DNA from: Desulfobacterales bacterium
GTDB taxonomy: Bacteria; Desulfobacterota; Desulfobacteria; Desulfobacterales; UBA5616
Direction: 5' to 3'
DNA: 20,068 nt
Assembly (NCBI GenBank): GCA_046483495.1
Contig: JAWODC010000038.1
Location: forward strand, 1-20,068
The notes under the pieces were generated by a model. It made no database searches, had not been told where the DNA came from, and was given only the letters and a program-made list of their open reading frames with translations. Shown piece after piece: positions 9,725 through 16,941 of the stretch (positions are counted from its first letter, which is position 1; every line of letters starts with the position of its first letter). The position numbers and the translations under genes are program-made.

Positions 9725-10787
9725 GCGGTTTTTCGTCGACCGGGTGGCCGCACTTCGAACAGAATTTGGCGCTGGGCGTCAGATTTTTCCCGCACTGTAT
9801 ACACTGTTTGAACACCAGCTGCTGATGACCGCAAAACGGACAAAATTTCGCCGTCGAAGGGATTTGCTGCAGACAGTCCGGGCATGTATGGGCGGCATCC
9901 TGCAAAACGGGCTTTCCAGGGGCGGTACCCCCTGAAAAGAATTGGGCAAACATCGCCGGCAGCATCAAACCGAGGCCGGCCCCCATTCCCGAAGCGGCGG
10001 CACCGTCACCGTCAGGGCCTCCCCGGGCCGCCGTTTCCATAGCCATGGCGGCCTTCATCTGCATGAGTTTGTTCATATCCTGGAAAACCCCCATGCGACT
10101 GCGGTCGTCGATCGCCTTCTGCACCTCCGGCGGGGGCGTAATCGCATTGACATACAAGTGGGTCAGCCCCAGACCGAAATGGCTGAAATCATCCCGCAGC
10201 AGTTCGGCAAGTTCTTTAGACAATTCCGTGTATTTCTGCGGCAGGTTGAGGATGGAATCGATATGCTCGCCCATGTAGTCGTTGAAGCGCGAGACGATGA
10301 CGCGGTTGAGGTACTCCTCGACTTCCCCGGTCGTGAACAATCCCTGGGTTCCCACCATGCGGTTGATGAACAAAACGGGTTGAATGACACGCAAATTAAA
10401 AACCCCGAATGCCCTCAGACGAATCAACCCCAATTCGGAATCCTTGAAGGCCACGGGATCACGCGTTCCCCACTTGAGGTTCGTAAAGATCTTCATGTTT
10501 ACGAAATAAACTTCCGCCCGAAGCGGGCTCGTCATTCCCCAAGGCACGCTGATGAGCTTTGTCAGGATGGGTATATTGGCCGTTTTCAGCGTGTGGCGCC
10601 CTGCGCCGAATGCCTCGATTGCATTTCCTTGATAAAAGAACACCGCGGCCTGGTTTTCGCGAACGGTGAGTTGGGCGCCGTATTTTATCTCTCCGGAACC
10701 TTTCTCCGGAATTCGGTGGACGATTTCCTGTCCGGAATCGTCAAACCATTCGAGAACCTCTAAAAACACCCGATTATTTGTCGACAT
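9633..10787 (-). CDS. SPFH/band-7 domain protein with C-terminal zinc ribbons (YdjI-like)
   Basis: GAQLTVRENQAAVF, GRHTLKTANIP, EVYFVN and LKWGT motifs, six C-terminal CxxC. GGGGAG RBS. Confidence 0.9.
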   Translation of the reverse strand: MSTNNRVFLEVLEWFDDSGQEIVHRIPEKGSGEIKYGAQLTVRENQAAVFFYQGNAIEAFGAGRHTLKTANIPILTKLISVPWGMTSPLRAEVYFVNMKIFTNLKWGTRDPVAFKDSELGLIRLRAFGVFNLRVIQPVLFINRMVGTQGLFTTGEVEEYLNRVIVSRFNDYMGEHIDSILNLPQKYTELSKELAELLRDDFSHFGLGLTHLYVNAITPPPEVQKAIDDRSRMGVFQDMNKLMQMKAAMAMETAARGGPDGDGAAASGMGAGLGLMLPAMFAQFFSGGTAPGKPVLQDAAHTCPDCLQQIPSTAKFCPFCGHQQLVFKQCIQCGKNLTPSAKFCSKCGHPVDEKPLEWNCENCGAKNPAESIYCSRCGEKHQLPG

Positions 10788-10797
10788 GTTTCTCCCC

Positions 10798-12510
10798 TCA
10801 ATCCATTTGATCCGGATTCACTTCCTTTCGTGCATATGCCAGGTACAGGCCGGTTTGAATGAAAAGGTCATAGATGTCCGGATCGATGTGCCTGGCCTGT
10901 TTCATCTCTTCCATAATTTCAATCGCTTGAGACAACTTCATCGGCTTCTTGTAAGGACGGTCTTTTGCCGTCAATGCTTCGAATACATCGGCAATCGCCA
11001 GGATCCTTGTCTGCAGGGGCAGGTCTTTTTCGATAAGCCGTCTCGGATATCCCGTGCCGTCCAGCCTTTCATGATGGCCGCCGGCGATCTCGGGGACCCG
11101 GGAAAGCCGTTTGGGAAAGGGCAGCTGCTGTAGAATTTTCAGTGTCACAGCGGCATGATTTTCAACGACTTTTCGCTCCTCATCGATCAGCGTGCCTCTG
11201 CGGACGGATAAATTCTTCAGCTCATTTTCAGTCAGGTAAGGCTGGTATTTTTTGCGTATTGTGCAGGATTTTCGGCCGATCGCAGTGAGTGCATTGATGG
11301 TTTCGTCCGTTATCATCCCGCCCGGCAGATTGCAGTTTTTGATGAGTTCCAGATCTTCGCGAAGCCGCTTGGCGTCTTCCTTGTATTGCTTTTCAAGCCT
11401 GTCCGGCTCTTTTTTGTTTCGATCTTCGAGAAGGCGCAGTTTTTCGGTCAGATATTCATTTTCCAATGTTTTCTCGATGAGATTGAAGCGGGTCTCAATC
11501 AATTCGGCGCGATCAAAAATCGTCTCGAGCTTCGATGCCTTGTCCACAATATACTCAGGTGTCGTGATTTTTCCCACGTCATGCATCCACGCGGCCATCC
11601 GAAGTTCTTCCAATTCGTCATTGGAAAAGAACACATCCTTGAGTGGGCCCGTTTCACACCGATTCACGTGTTCGGCAATCATCATGGTCAGATCCACGAC
11701 ACGGTTGATATGGCCTCCGGTGTACGGCGATTTTTCATCGATGGCCGTTGCTATGCTTTTGATGAAGGCGTAAAAAAGGTTTTTAAGGTCTTCGATCAGC
11801 TGCGTGTTGGTCAGAGCGACAGCCGCCTGGGAGGCCAGCGCCGCGATAAGTTCCGCATATTCGGTCGAGAAGGCGATGACCTCATTCGTTTCCGGATCAA
11901 CGGCGTTCAACAGCTGGAGAACGCCGATAATATCGTTTTCATGATCTTTGAGCGGAATGACCAGCATGGATTTGGAACGGTATCCGGTGGTCTTGTCGTA
12001 TTCCCGCGGGCCCCGGAAATCGAAGCCGTCAGCCTGATATACATCGGGTATGTTTACCGATTTTCCGGTCAAGGCGACATAGGAGGAGACATTGGAATAA
12101 TTAGGGCGGCCGTTGATGTACAGCGGGACATCGGTAAAGGTCATTCGGCCGCCGCTGGTTCCGCCCATCCGGGTATTCATGGAAGTGTTCTGGAGGATTT
12201 CGAAACGAAGACGACGCTTTTTGCCGTCAAGAATATACAGCGTGCCGCCGTCCGCGTTTGAAAGTGCCCGGGCTTCGTCGACAATCAGCTCAAGCAGTCT
12301 GCCGATATCCTTTTCAACGGACAACGCCAAGCCGATTTCAGCCAGCTTTTTAATGCGTTTAATCTGGTCTTCGGCATACAGTCTGACCTCCGTAATTACG
12401 GAATTCAGTAATCGGTTCAACCGCTTATCATTGGAAAGGACATCAACATCCAACATGTTCCGCCGGTCCGCCCCTTCTCCGGGCTTATGCTTTTCCACGA
12501 TGGATCCCAA
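10798..12510 (-). CDS. GAF domain plus HD-GYP phosphohydrolase (putative c-di-GMP phosphodiesterase)
   Basis: GAF (VNIPDVY...FDF, GYRSKSMLVIPL, GVLQLLN), YTGGH, WMHDVGK, HHERLDGTGYP, ADVFEALTAKDRPYK. AAGGAG RBS before TTG. Confidence 0.93.
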   Translation of the reverse strand: MGSIVEKHKPGEGADRRNMLDVDVLSNDKRLNRLLNSVITEVRLYAEDQIKRIKKLAEIGLALSVEKDIGRLLELIVDEARALSNADGGTLYILDGKKRRLRFEILQNTSMNTRMGGTSGGRMTFTDVPLYINGRPNYSNVSSYVALTGKSVNIPDVYQADGFDFRGPREYDKTTGYRSKSMLVIPLKDHENDIIGVLQLLNAVDPETNEVIAFSTEYAELIAALASQAAVALTNTQLIEDLKNLFYAFIKSIATAIDEKSPYTGGHINRVVDLTMMIAEHVNRCETGPLKDVFFSNDELEELRMAAWMHDVGKITTPEYIVDKASKLETIFDRAELIETRFNLIEKTLENEYLTEKLRLLEDRNKKEPDRLEKQYKEDAKRLREDLELIKNCNLPGGMITDETINALTAIGRKSCTIRKKYQPYLTENELKNLSVRRGTLIDEERKVVENHAAVTLKILQQLPFPKRLSRVPEIAGGHHERLDGTGYPRRLIEKDLPLQTRILAIADVFEALTAKDRPYKKPMKLSQAIEIMEEMKQARHIDPDIYDLFIQTGLYLAYARKEVNPDQMD

Positions 12511-12570
12511 GATTTTTCTCCTTTTGCGAAGACAACCGCGGCCGGCTCAATCAACGTTACAATGCGCAGT

Positions 12571-13227
12571 TCAGGGCTCGACGGTTGTCAGCCCATGTGA
12601 AATCGCGAATTTTACGAGATTTGGAATGTTGCGAATCCGCAGTTTGTTCATCAGTCTGCTGCGATAGGTTTCAACGGTTTTTTTCGAAAGACCGAGAGAT
12701 TCGGCTATCTCGGCGCTGGACTTTCCGTCGGCGACCATCCGAAGGGTTTCGAGCTCTCGCGTGCTCAGTGTTTCAAGGGTCGGTTGATGATATTTTTCCA
12801 TTCGCTTTTCGATATAGTCATCAATGATCCTTCCGGAAACCTTTCGACTCAGGTACCGATGTCCCGCATAAACCCGCCGAATCGCCTGCACGACTTCCCT
12901 TCCGGCGCATTCCTTCAACAGGTAGCCGTGAACCCCCGCCTGGAGGGAGCGGGAAATATGTTCGGGGTCTGCATGTATAGACAATATGATGACTCGGGTG
13001 CATTTGCATGAGTTGATAATTCGTGCGGCGGCATCAATTCCATTCAGTTTGGGCATGGATATATCCATGATGACGACGTCCGGTTTTTTGGCCGGAACAT
13101 CGGATATCGCCTGAGAACCGTCAGAGGCCGAGCCGATCACCTCGATATCTTCCTGGTTCATGAGTAGGGAAATCAAACCATCACTTACAACGGCATGATC
13201 ATCTGCAACATAGACGGTAATTGTCAT
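12571..13227 (-). CDS. NarL/LuxR-family response regulator
   Basis: REC domain (VADDH, MDISMP, GYLLK) and LuxR HTH (LSTRE...IAESLGLSKKTVETYRSRLMNKL). GGAG RBS favours ATG 13227. Confidence 0.95.
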   Translation of the reverse strand: MTITVYVADDHAVVSDGLISLLMNQEDIEVIGSASDGSQAISDVPAKKPDVVIMDISMPKLNGIDAAARIINSCKCTRVIILSIHADPEHISRSLQAGVHGYLLKECAGREVVQAIRRVYAGHRYLSRKVSGRIIDDYIEKRMEKYHQPTLETLSTRELETLRMVADGKSSAEIAESLGLSKKTVETYRSRLMNKLRIRNIPNLVKFAISHGLTTVEP

Positions 13228-13404
13228 AAAACATCTCCACATTTTCAAGGGATTATGACGGCCTGGATATCATTTTAAACGGTGAGCTGCGACAGCCGGT
13301 GAATGATGTCCAAACATGCAAAAACCGTAATTTGCAGAATTATACCTAAAAATCAAGCGTTTCCGTGAGGATATATTTCAGCTTGGCATGAATCGGCAGG
13401 AAAA

Positions 13405-13578
13405 CTAAGGTGCTTGCCGCTTTTTCCGCAGGCGGTTATCACATGCGCATAATATCAAGAAAGGGGCGGTCATCAAAAATTCGAGGATGAAGCCTAACGG
13501 CACCAACAGTAAGAGCATGTATTTGTCGACAATGATGACCTTTAATCGTTTTAAGAGTCTAACCACGTTGGATTTCAT
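13405..13578 (-). CDS. Possible 57-aa single-TM small protein (not in ORF track)
   Basis: MKSNVVRLLKRLKVIIVDKYMLLLLVPLGFILEFLMTAPFLILCACDNRLRKKRQAP: hydrophobic core with basic flanks, weak GGGA RBS. Confidence 0.45.
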   Translation of the reverse strand: MKSNVVRLLKRLKVIIVDKYMLLLLVPLGFILEFLMTAPFLILCACDNRLRKKRQAP

Positions 13579-13695
13579 TTTTTCGATTTCCCGCCGGTGT
13601 TCGGTTGCGGTCGTTCATGCTTAATATCACGGCCTTACGTTATCCGACTCTTTGCCGGTTGTGCACTTCCGGCAAGTGAAATAGGGCGAAACGGC

Positions 13696-13735
13696 CCGGT
13701 TGGCGATAATTTACAGTCCGGTCGGCGATAATTTA
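13696..13735. repeat. 18-bp tandem direct repeat with 22-bp period
   Basis: CCGGTTGGCGATAATTTA (13696-13713) and CCGGTCGGCGATAATTTA (13718-13735), 17/18 identical. Confidence 0.85.
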
Positions 13736-13832
13736 AGGTTGCCTATGATCATCAATTTTGATAAATAAAATAATTCTTTTCGAAGATTTCTCGTGTTGAT
13801 GCGCCCGTATTTTTTAAGGCGGCGGGCACAAC

Positions 13833-13870
13833 GAATAACGCCGCCACAGGATACGGCAGCCGGGTTATTC
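13833..13870 (-). terminator. Hairpin immediately 3' of the tRNA-Arg fragment, probably the native tRNA terminator
   Basis: Minus strand GAATAAC-ccg-GCTGCCGTA-tcc-TGTGGCGGC-GTTATTC, pairing via G.U wobbles. U-tract is weak. Confidence 0.5.
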
Positions 13871-13872
13871 AA

Positions 13873-13918
13873 GGTACGCCCGGCAGGATTCGAACCTGCG
13901 GCCTACGGATTAGAAGTC
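13873..13918 (-). mobile_element. att core: 3' half of tRNA-Arg(TCT), left boundary of a tRNA-targeted island
   Basis: GACTTCTAATCCGTAGGCCGCAGGTTCGAATCCTGCCGGGCGTACC covers anticodon loop, T-arm and 3' acceptor strand. No 5' half is present. It is adjacent to an integrase. Confidence 0.92.
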
Positions 13919-13944
13919 GGATTTTCTGCGGGTTCTGAGCGCGA

Positions 13945-13957
13945 TAAGCGCTTGATT
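13945..13957 (-). promoter_or_regulatory. IHF binding site in the att arm
   Basis: AATCAAGCGCTTA matches the WATCAANNNNTTR consensus exactly, 26 bp from the att core. Confidence 0.7.
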
Positions 13958-14026
13958 TAACTAATGTTTCATTATTTCTACAATCATCGAAATAAGCCAA
14001 AAAACAGCCTCCAAATACCCTGTCAG

Positions 14027-14055
14027 TTGACACTATGTTGACACCTTTTTGACGC
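14027..14055 (+). repeat. Three tandem putative integrase arm-type sites
   Basis: TTGACAC (14027), TTGACAC (14038) and TTGACGC (14049), exact 11-bp period. Confidence 0.7.
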
Positions 14056-14105
14056 TTTTCGTTCATTCCTCGGCTCTATCTTTAACCCCGATTGGAGGTG
14101 CTGGG

Positions 14106-15233
14106 ATGGCTATCCTGAAACATTGCCCGAAGTGTAAGAAAGCTTATAAGCTGAAAACGCCAAAATGTCAATGCGGGAATGATCTGAATCAAAATGGCAG
14201 GTACCGGGTTAAGGTTAAAATGCCCAGCGGCGAATTCAGATCCAAAATCACGCTGACCCTGAATCAGGCCAGAGCCTTCGAGGGGAAGTTCAAAACTGAG
14301 GCAATCGAGCAAGGCGTCCACAGCGCCAGTAAAGATATGATAATCGATCTCGCCTTCAAGAAATACATGAGCTGGGCAAAGCTTAATAAGCGAAGCTGGA
14401 AGAACGACGAGAGCCGATGGAAGACTCATATAGAAAGGTATGTGTCCGGCAAGTTCATGTCTAAAATAAGCACTCAGGACGTTACAGAGCTAATTTCAGA
14501 CTTGAGGCAGGTGGACAGCAAAAGTATTCGGAACAAGTACAGGCCGGGGCGATTGCGACCGGCCACGATCCAGCTGGTTTTTGCATTGATAAGGCATCTT
14601 TTTAACTGGGCCTCCGCCGAAGGACTGTATAGCGGAACTAATCCATGCAAGGGGGTAAAAATGCCTAAATTCGACAACAGGGTTTCAGCTATGCTGTCAC
14701 GGGACGAAATCAAGCGGTTGCTCGCCACCTTGGACGCCGACAAGAATGACCGGGCCTGTCTTGTCATCAAGTATGCCTTGTATTCCGGCAAGCGGCTGGG
14801 AGAGATCCTGAAGCTCAAATGGGATGATGTTAACTTCGAGGCATGTTTCGTCACATACCGGGGTGAAAATACCAAGGGCGGCAAAACGCAGATACTCCCA
14901 TTGAGTTCTATGCAAATAGAAATCCTCATGCTGGCGGGTCATCTTCGCATCAGCGATTATGTGTTTCCCAGCGCCACCGGAGCATACTATAAAAGCTTTG
15001 GTAACGCTTGGAGACGAATACGCAGGGCCGCCGGAATCTCAGACAGGTTTCGCTTCCACGATCTCAGGCATACCTTCGCCAGCTATCTCGCATCTTCGGG
15101 TGAGGTCGATATATACACGCTGAAGGAATTGCTGGGCCATGACAATATTTCCATGACCCAGCGTTATGCCTATTTGGTGAGTGGCGCTTTGAGGAAGGCG
15201 GCCAATGTCGCTGAGGATGTTTTTAAAAGTTGA
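14106..15233 (+). CDS. Phage-type tyrosine integrase with N-terminal Cys4 motif
   Basis: GGAGGT RBS and ATG 14106. Catalytic R (GKRLGE), K (TKGG), HDLRH, LGH and Y (QRYA) all present. N-terminus CPKC-x10-CQC. Confidence 0.95.
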   Translation: MAILKHCPKCKKAYKLKTPKCQCGNDLNQNGRYRVKVKMPSGEFRSKITLTLNQARAFEGKFKTEAIEQGVHSASKDMIIDLAFKKYMSWAKLNKRSWKNDESRWKTHIERYVSGKFMSKISTQDVTELISDLRQVDSKSIRNKYRPGRLRPATIQLVFALIRHLFNWASAEGLYSGTNPCKGVKMPKFDNRVSAMLSRDEIKRLLATLDADKNDRACLVIKYALYSGKRLGEILKLKWDDVNFEACFVTYRGENTKGGKTQILPLSSMQIEILMLAGHLRISDYVFPSATGAYYKSFGNAWRRIRRAAGISDRFRFHDLRHTFASYLASSGEVDIYTLKELLGHDNISMTQRYAYLVSGALRKAANVAEDVFKS

Positions 15234-15258
15234 CTTTTATTCATTAATTCTCTATAGT
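15230..15258 (+). promoter_or_regulatory. Near-consensus sigma70 promoter overlapping the integrase stop codon
   Basis: TTGACT-17 nt-TATAGT. Confidence 0.7.
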
Positions 15259-15263
15259 GAATT

Positions 15264-15338
15264 CTCCACTACTCATTTATTTTTCCTTTCAAGGAGAGGT
15301 GGGGGCAGACTGATGTCGCCCTCATCCCTTTTCCGTTT
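15264..15338 (+). ncRNA. Candidate ~75-nt small RNA (module 1)
   Basis: Lies between the promoter and a terminator-like hairpin (15293-15334). No + strand ORF. Antisense to a minus-strand RBS and ATG. Confidence 0.4.
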
Positions 15339-15511
15339 CATTGACGCCCCAAAAAGATAATTTTGCCTAAAAATTTTCATGCACTAACGTCCAGCTTGCC
15401 TGATTGATTGAACTGGTGAATGGCGCCAAAGATGTATTCCAAAAGTTGACTTTTTAAATAAACTTTTTTAAATATAATATCAGATTTGCCGTTCATCTTT
15501 TTTCCTTCGCT

Positions 15512-15580
15512 AAAGGGGGGGGTGGGAAACCTTAAGCGGTTATGGGGAAATCTGCTGGTTATCCCATTCCCCCCTTTTTT
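15512..15580 (+). terminator. Long GC-rich hairpin with U-tract (module 2)
   Basis: AAAGGGGGGGGTGGGAAACC pairs with GGTTATCCCATTCCCCCCTTT, inner AGCGG/CTGCT stem, ends in T6. Confidence 0.65.
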
Positions 15581-15909
15581 AATTCGCTCCAAAAGCCATA
15601 CTATTTTGTGTAATTGCCATTTTCCAGCGCTATGCTCATTTGGTTAATAGAACTCTGAGAAATGCGGCTAATGACACCGACTTTTTTTGAGTTCGACCTT
15701 CTGCAATTAAAATGAGGGGGTAGACGGCACATTAAGGAGTGGAAGCCAATACCGCCGAAGAGGTCATGCTTTAGCAAATCAGGCGTAGGGTTTTACGTGC
15801 GTGACAGACCACGAATTAGGATTGAAGATGCATTACTTGTAAAGATTTAGATTTGCTCTGACGAAAAATGATTTGAAGGTTTTATCAACTCGAACAAGCT
15901 CCAAATATC

Positions 15910-15960
15910 ATGTTATATTTCAGGTTTAGCCTTGATTGCTTGAATGATGATATCACAGGA
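15910..15960 (+). repeat. Degenerate ~50-bp direct repeat, copy A
   Basis: About 39/52 columns identical to 19186-19235 by manual alignment. Both copies end in TATCACAGGA. Confidence 0.65.
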
Positions 15961-16014
15961 ACGGTTGAACTGTGCCGCCCAGCTTTTTGGGTCGGCACAA
16001 GTGGAGGGTTGGCT
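15956..16014 (-). mobile_element. Integron attC site (59 bp)
   Basis: AGCCAAC-CCTCC-ACT[T]GTGCCG[A]CCCA-aaaagc-TGGGCGGCACAGT-TCAACC-GTTCCTG: R'' AAC, 5-bp spacer, L boxes with two extrahelical bases, 6-bp spacer, R' GTT. Starts 17 nt after the vapC stop. Confidence 0.9.
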
Positions 16015-16031
16015 GGTACGATGTCTTTTAT

Positions 16032-16433
16032 TTATTCGCTGTACGAATTTAATGATATTGCCACTGAAGAAAATTCACGCAGCAGTTGTTTATCAACGGT
16101 TACTAAAGGGACTTTCAAGTCATTTGCCGTGGCGATAAATTCACAATCATAAGCAGAACAATTGCTTATTGAGGCAAGCCTTAAAACTTCAAATGATGGT
16201 ACCTCATATTCTCGACCCCTAAGTAATTCCAACGCACTATTCATTATCCGCTGAGCTTGCTCCAATTGGATTATTCCTTTTCGTATATAAAGGGTTAGAA
16301 CATTACGGAATTCGCTACGCCATAAAATAGGTGCTGCCCACTCGTTATCCTTCAGTAGAACACGTTCCGATAGAACAGACCGTTCGCTTGATAGGAAGAG
16401 ATAACCAATAATATTTGTATCGACAACAATCAT
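16032..16433 (-). CDS. vapC: PIN-domain toxin, VapC family
   Basis: MIVVDTNII, SEFRNVL, SAYDCEF and LVTVDKQL acidic PIN motifs. 4-nt overlap with the antitoxin gene. Confidence 0.93.
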   Translation of the reverse strand: MIVVDTNIIGYLFLSSERSVLSERVLLKDNEWAAPILWRSEFRNVLTLYIRKGIIQLEQAQRIMNSALELLRGREYEVPSFEVLRLASISNCSAYDCEFIATANDLKVPLVTVDKQLLREFSSVAISLNSYSE

Positions 16434-16672
16434 ATACGACCTGCAGTTTTTGCCTTTTTGAATTCCTCATCACTGATCAGATGCCCGGCAGTGAATTGAC
16501 GAAGCTGACGAGCATTCTCAAGCACCTCGTCGAGATTTATTCGGCGACTACGAACAGTATTTTCAATGCACATGATAATCTCGCTGTTGATGGAACGCCG
16601 ATTTATCTCTGCAACTGACTTTAGCCGGTCGTAAAGTTCATCGGGTATATTCTTTATCGTTACCGTTGCCAT
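16430..16672 (-). CDS. Arc/FitA-like ribbon-helix-helix antitoxin
   Basis: MATVTIKNIPDELYDRLKSVAEINRRSINSEI RHH signature, GGAGGT RBS, coupled to vapC. Confidence 0.92.
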   Translation of the reverse strand: MATVTIKNIPDELYDRLKSVAEINRRSINSEIIMCIENTVRSRRINLDEVLENARQLRQFTAGHLISDEEFKKAKTAGRI

Positions 16673-16687
16673 ATAAACACCTCCAAT

Positions 16688-16734
16688 TGGTTTCTATATG
16701 GAACCATTATGCAATCACATGGGATTGTTGTCAA
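16688..16734 (-). promoter_or_regulatory. TA promoter with palindromic operator candidates
   Basis: TTGACA-17 nt-CATAAT (16734-16706). Imperfect palindromes CAATCACATGGGATTG in the spacer and TGGTTTCTATATGGAACCA over +1. Confidence 0.8.
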
Positions 16735-16869
16735 GCGCAAACATTCTTTACACCAGCCAACATTTTAAATGGATTGATAATTTGTATGCATAAGACCACA
16801 AATCTGGGTGACCGGAAAATCTGTCACCCAGCTAACGATAGCCATGTTTAAAACGTAACAAAATGATAA

Positions 16870-16898
16870 TTGACGCTTAAATGGTTTAAGTGCAATAT
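16870..16898 (+). promoter_or_regulatory. Putative promoter of the recombinase pair
   Basis: TTGACG-17 nt-CAATAT with palindrome CTTAAA-TGG-TTTAAG in the spacer. AGGAGG RBS downstream. Confidence 0.5.
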
Positions 16899-16941
16899 CT
16901 AACTGATTTTTCTATTAATAAAGTAGAAAAAGGAGGCAGAT

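Larger units (their letters stand above)
15962..16760 (-). mobile_element. Complete integron gene cassette (799 bp) carrying a type II toxin-antitoxin pair
   Basis: Starts G|TTGGCTGGT (16761-16752), the perfect 10-bp complement of the attC R'' side ACCAGCCAAC (16017-16008), as expected for a cassette derived from a circle. Confidence 0.85.

Noticed and set aside
9942..12261. Long + strand ORFs 9942..10763 and 11386..12261 and similar shadow ORFs
   Set aside because: They are antisense shadows of well-supported genes, with no recognisable motifs.
13264..13312. Hairpin in the regulator leader as a c-di-GMP riboswitch
   Set aside because: A 12-bp imperfect stem is present, but the GEMM consensus elements (GGCAAAC, GNRA loop, GACGCAAAG) are absent.
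13383..13398. Sigma54 promoter TTGGCATGAATCGGCA
   Set aside because: GG-to-GC spacing is 9 rather than 10 nt, and there is no + strand gene downstream.
13696..13735. CRISPR array
   Set aside because: Only two 18-bp units separated by 4 bp, and no cas genes.
13800..13809. TGCGCCCGTA, identical to the 5' end of tRNA-Arg at 2812-2821
   Set aside because: Only 10 bp, on the opposite strand to the 3' fragment and part of a local hairpin, so probably chance.
13873..13950. Intact tRNA gene on the minus strand
   Set aside because: No D-arm or 5' acceptor strand upstream of the anticodon loop, and the end reads ACCT rather than ACCA.
15892..15918. Chromosomal dif site
   Set aside because: Only an XerD-like half (TCATGTTATAT) is present, with no recognisable XerC arm. 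Kept only as a clue within the repeat finding.
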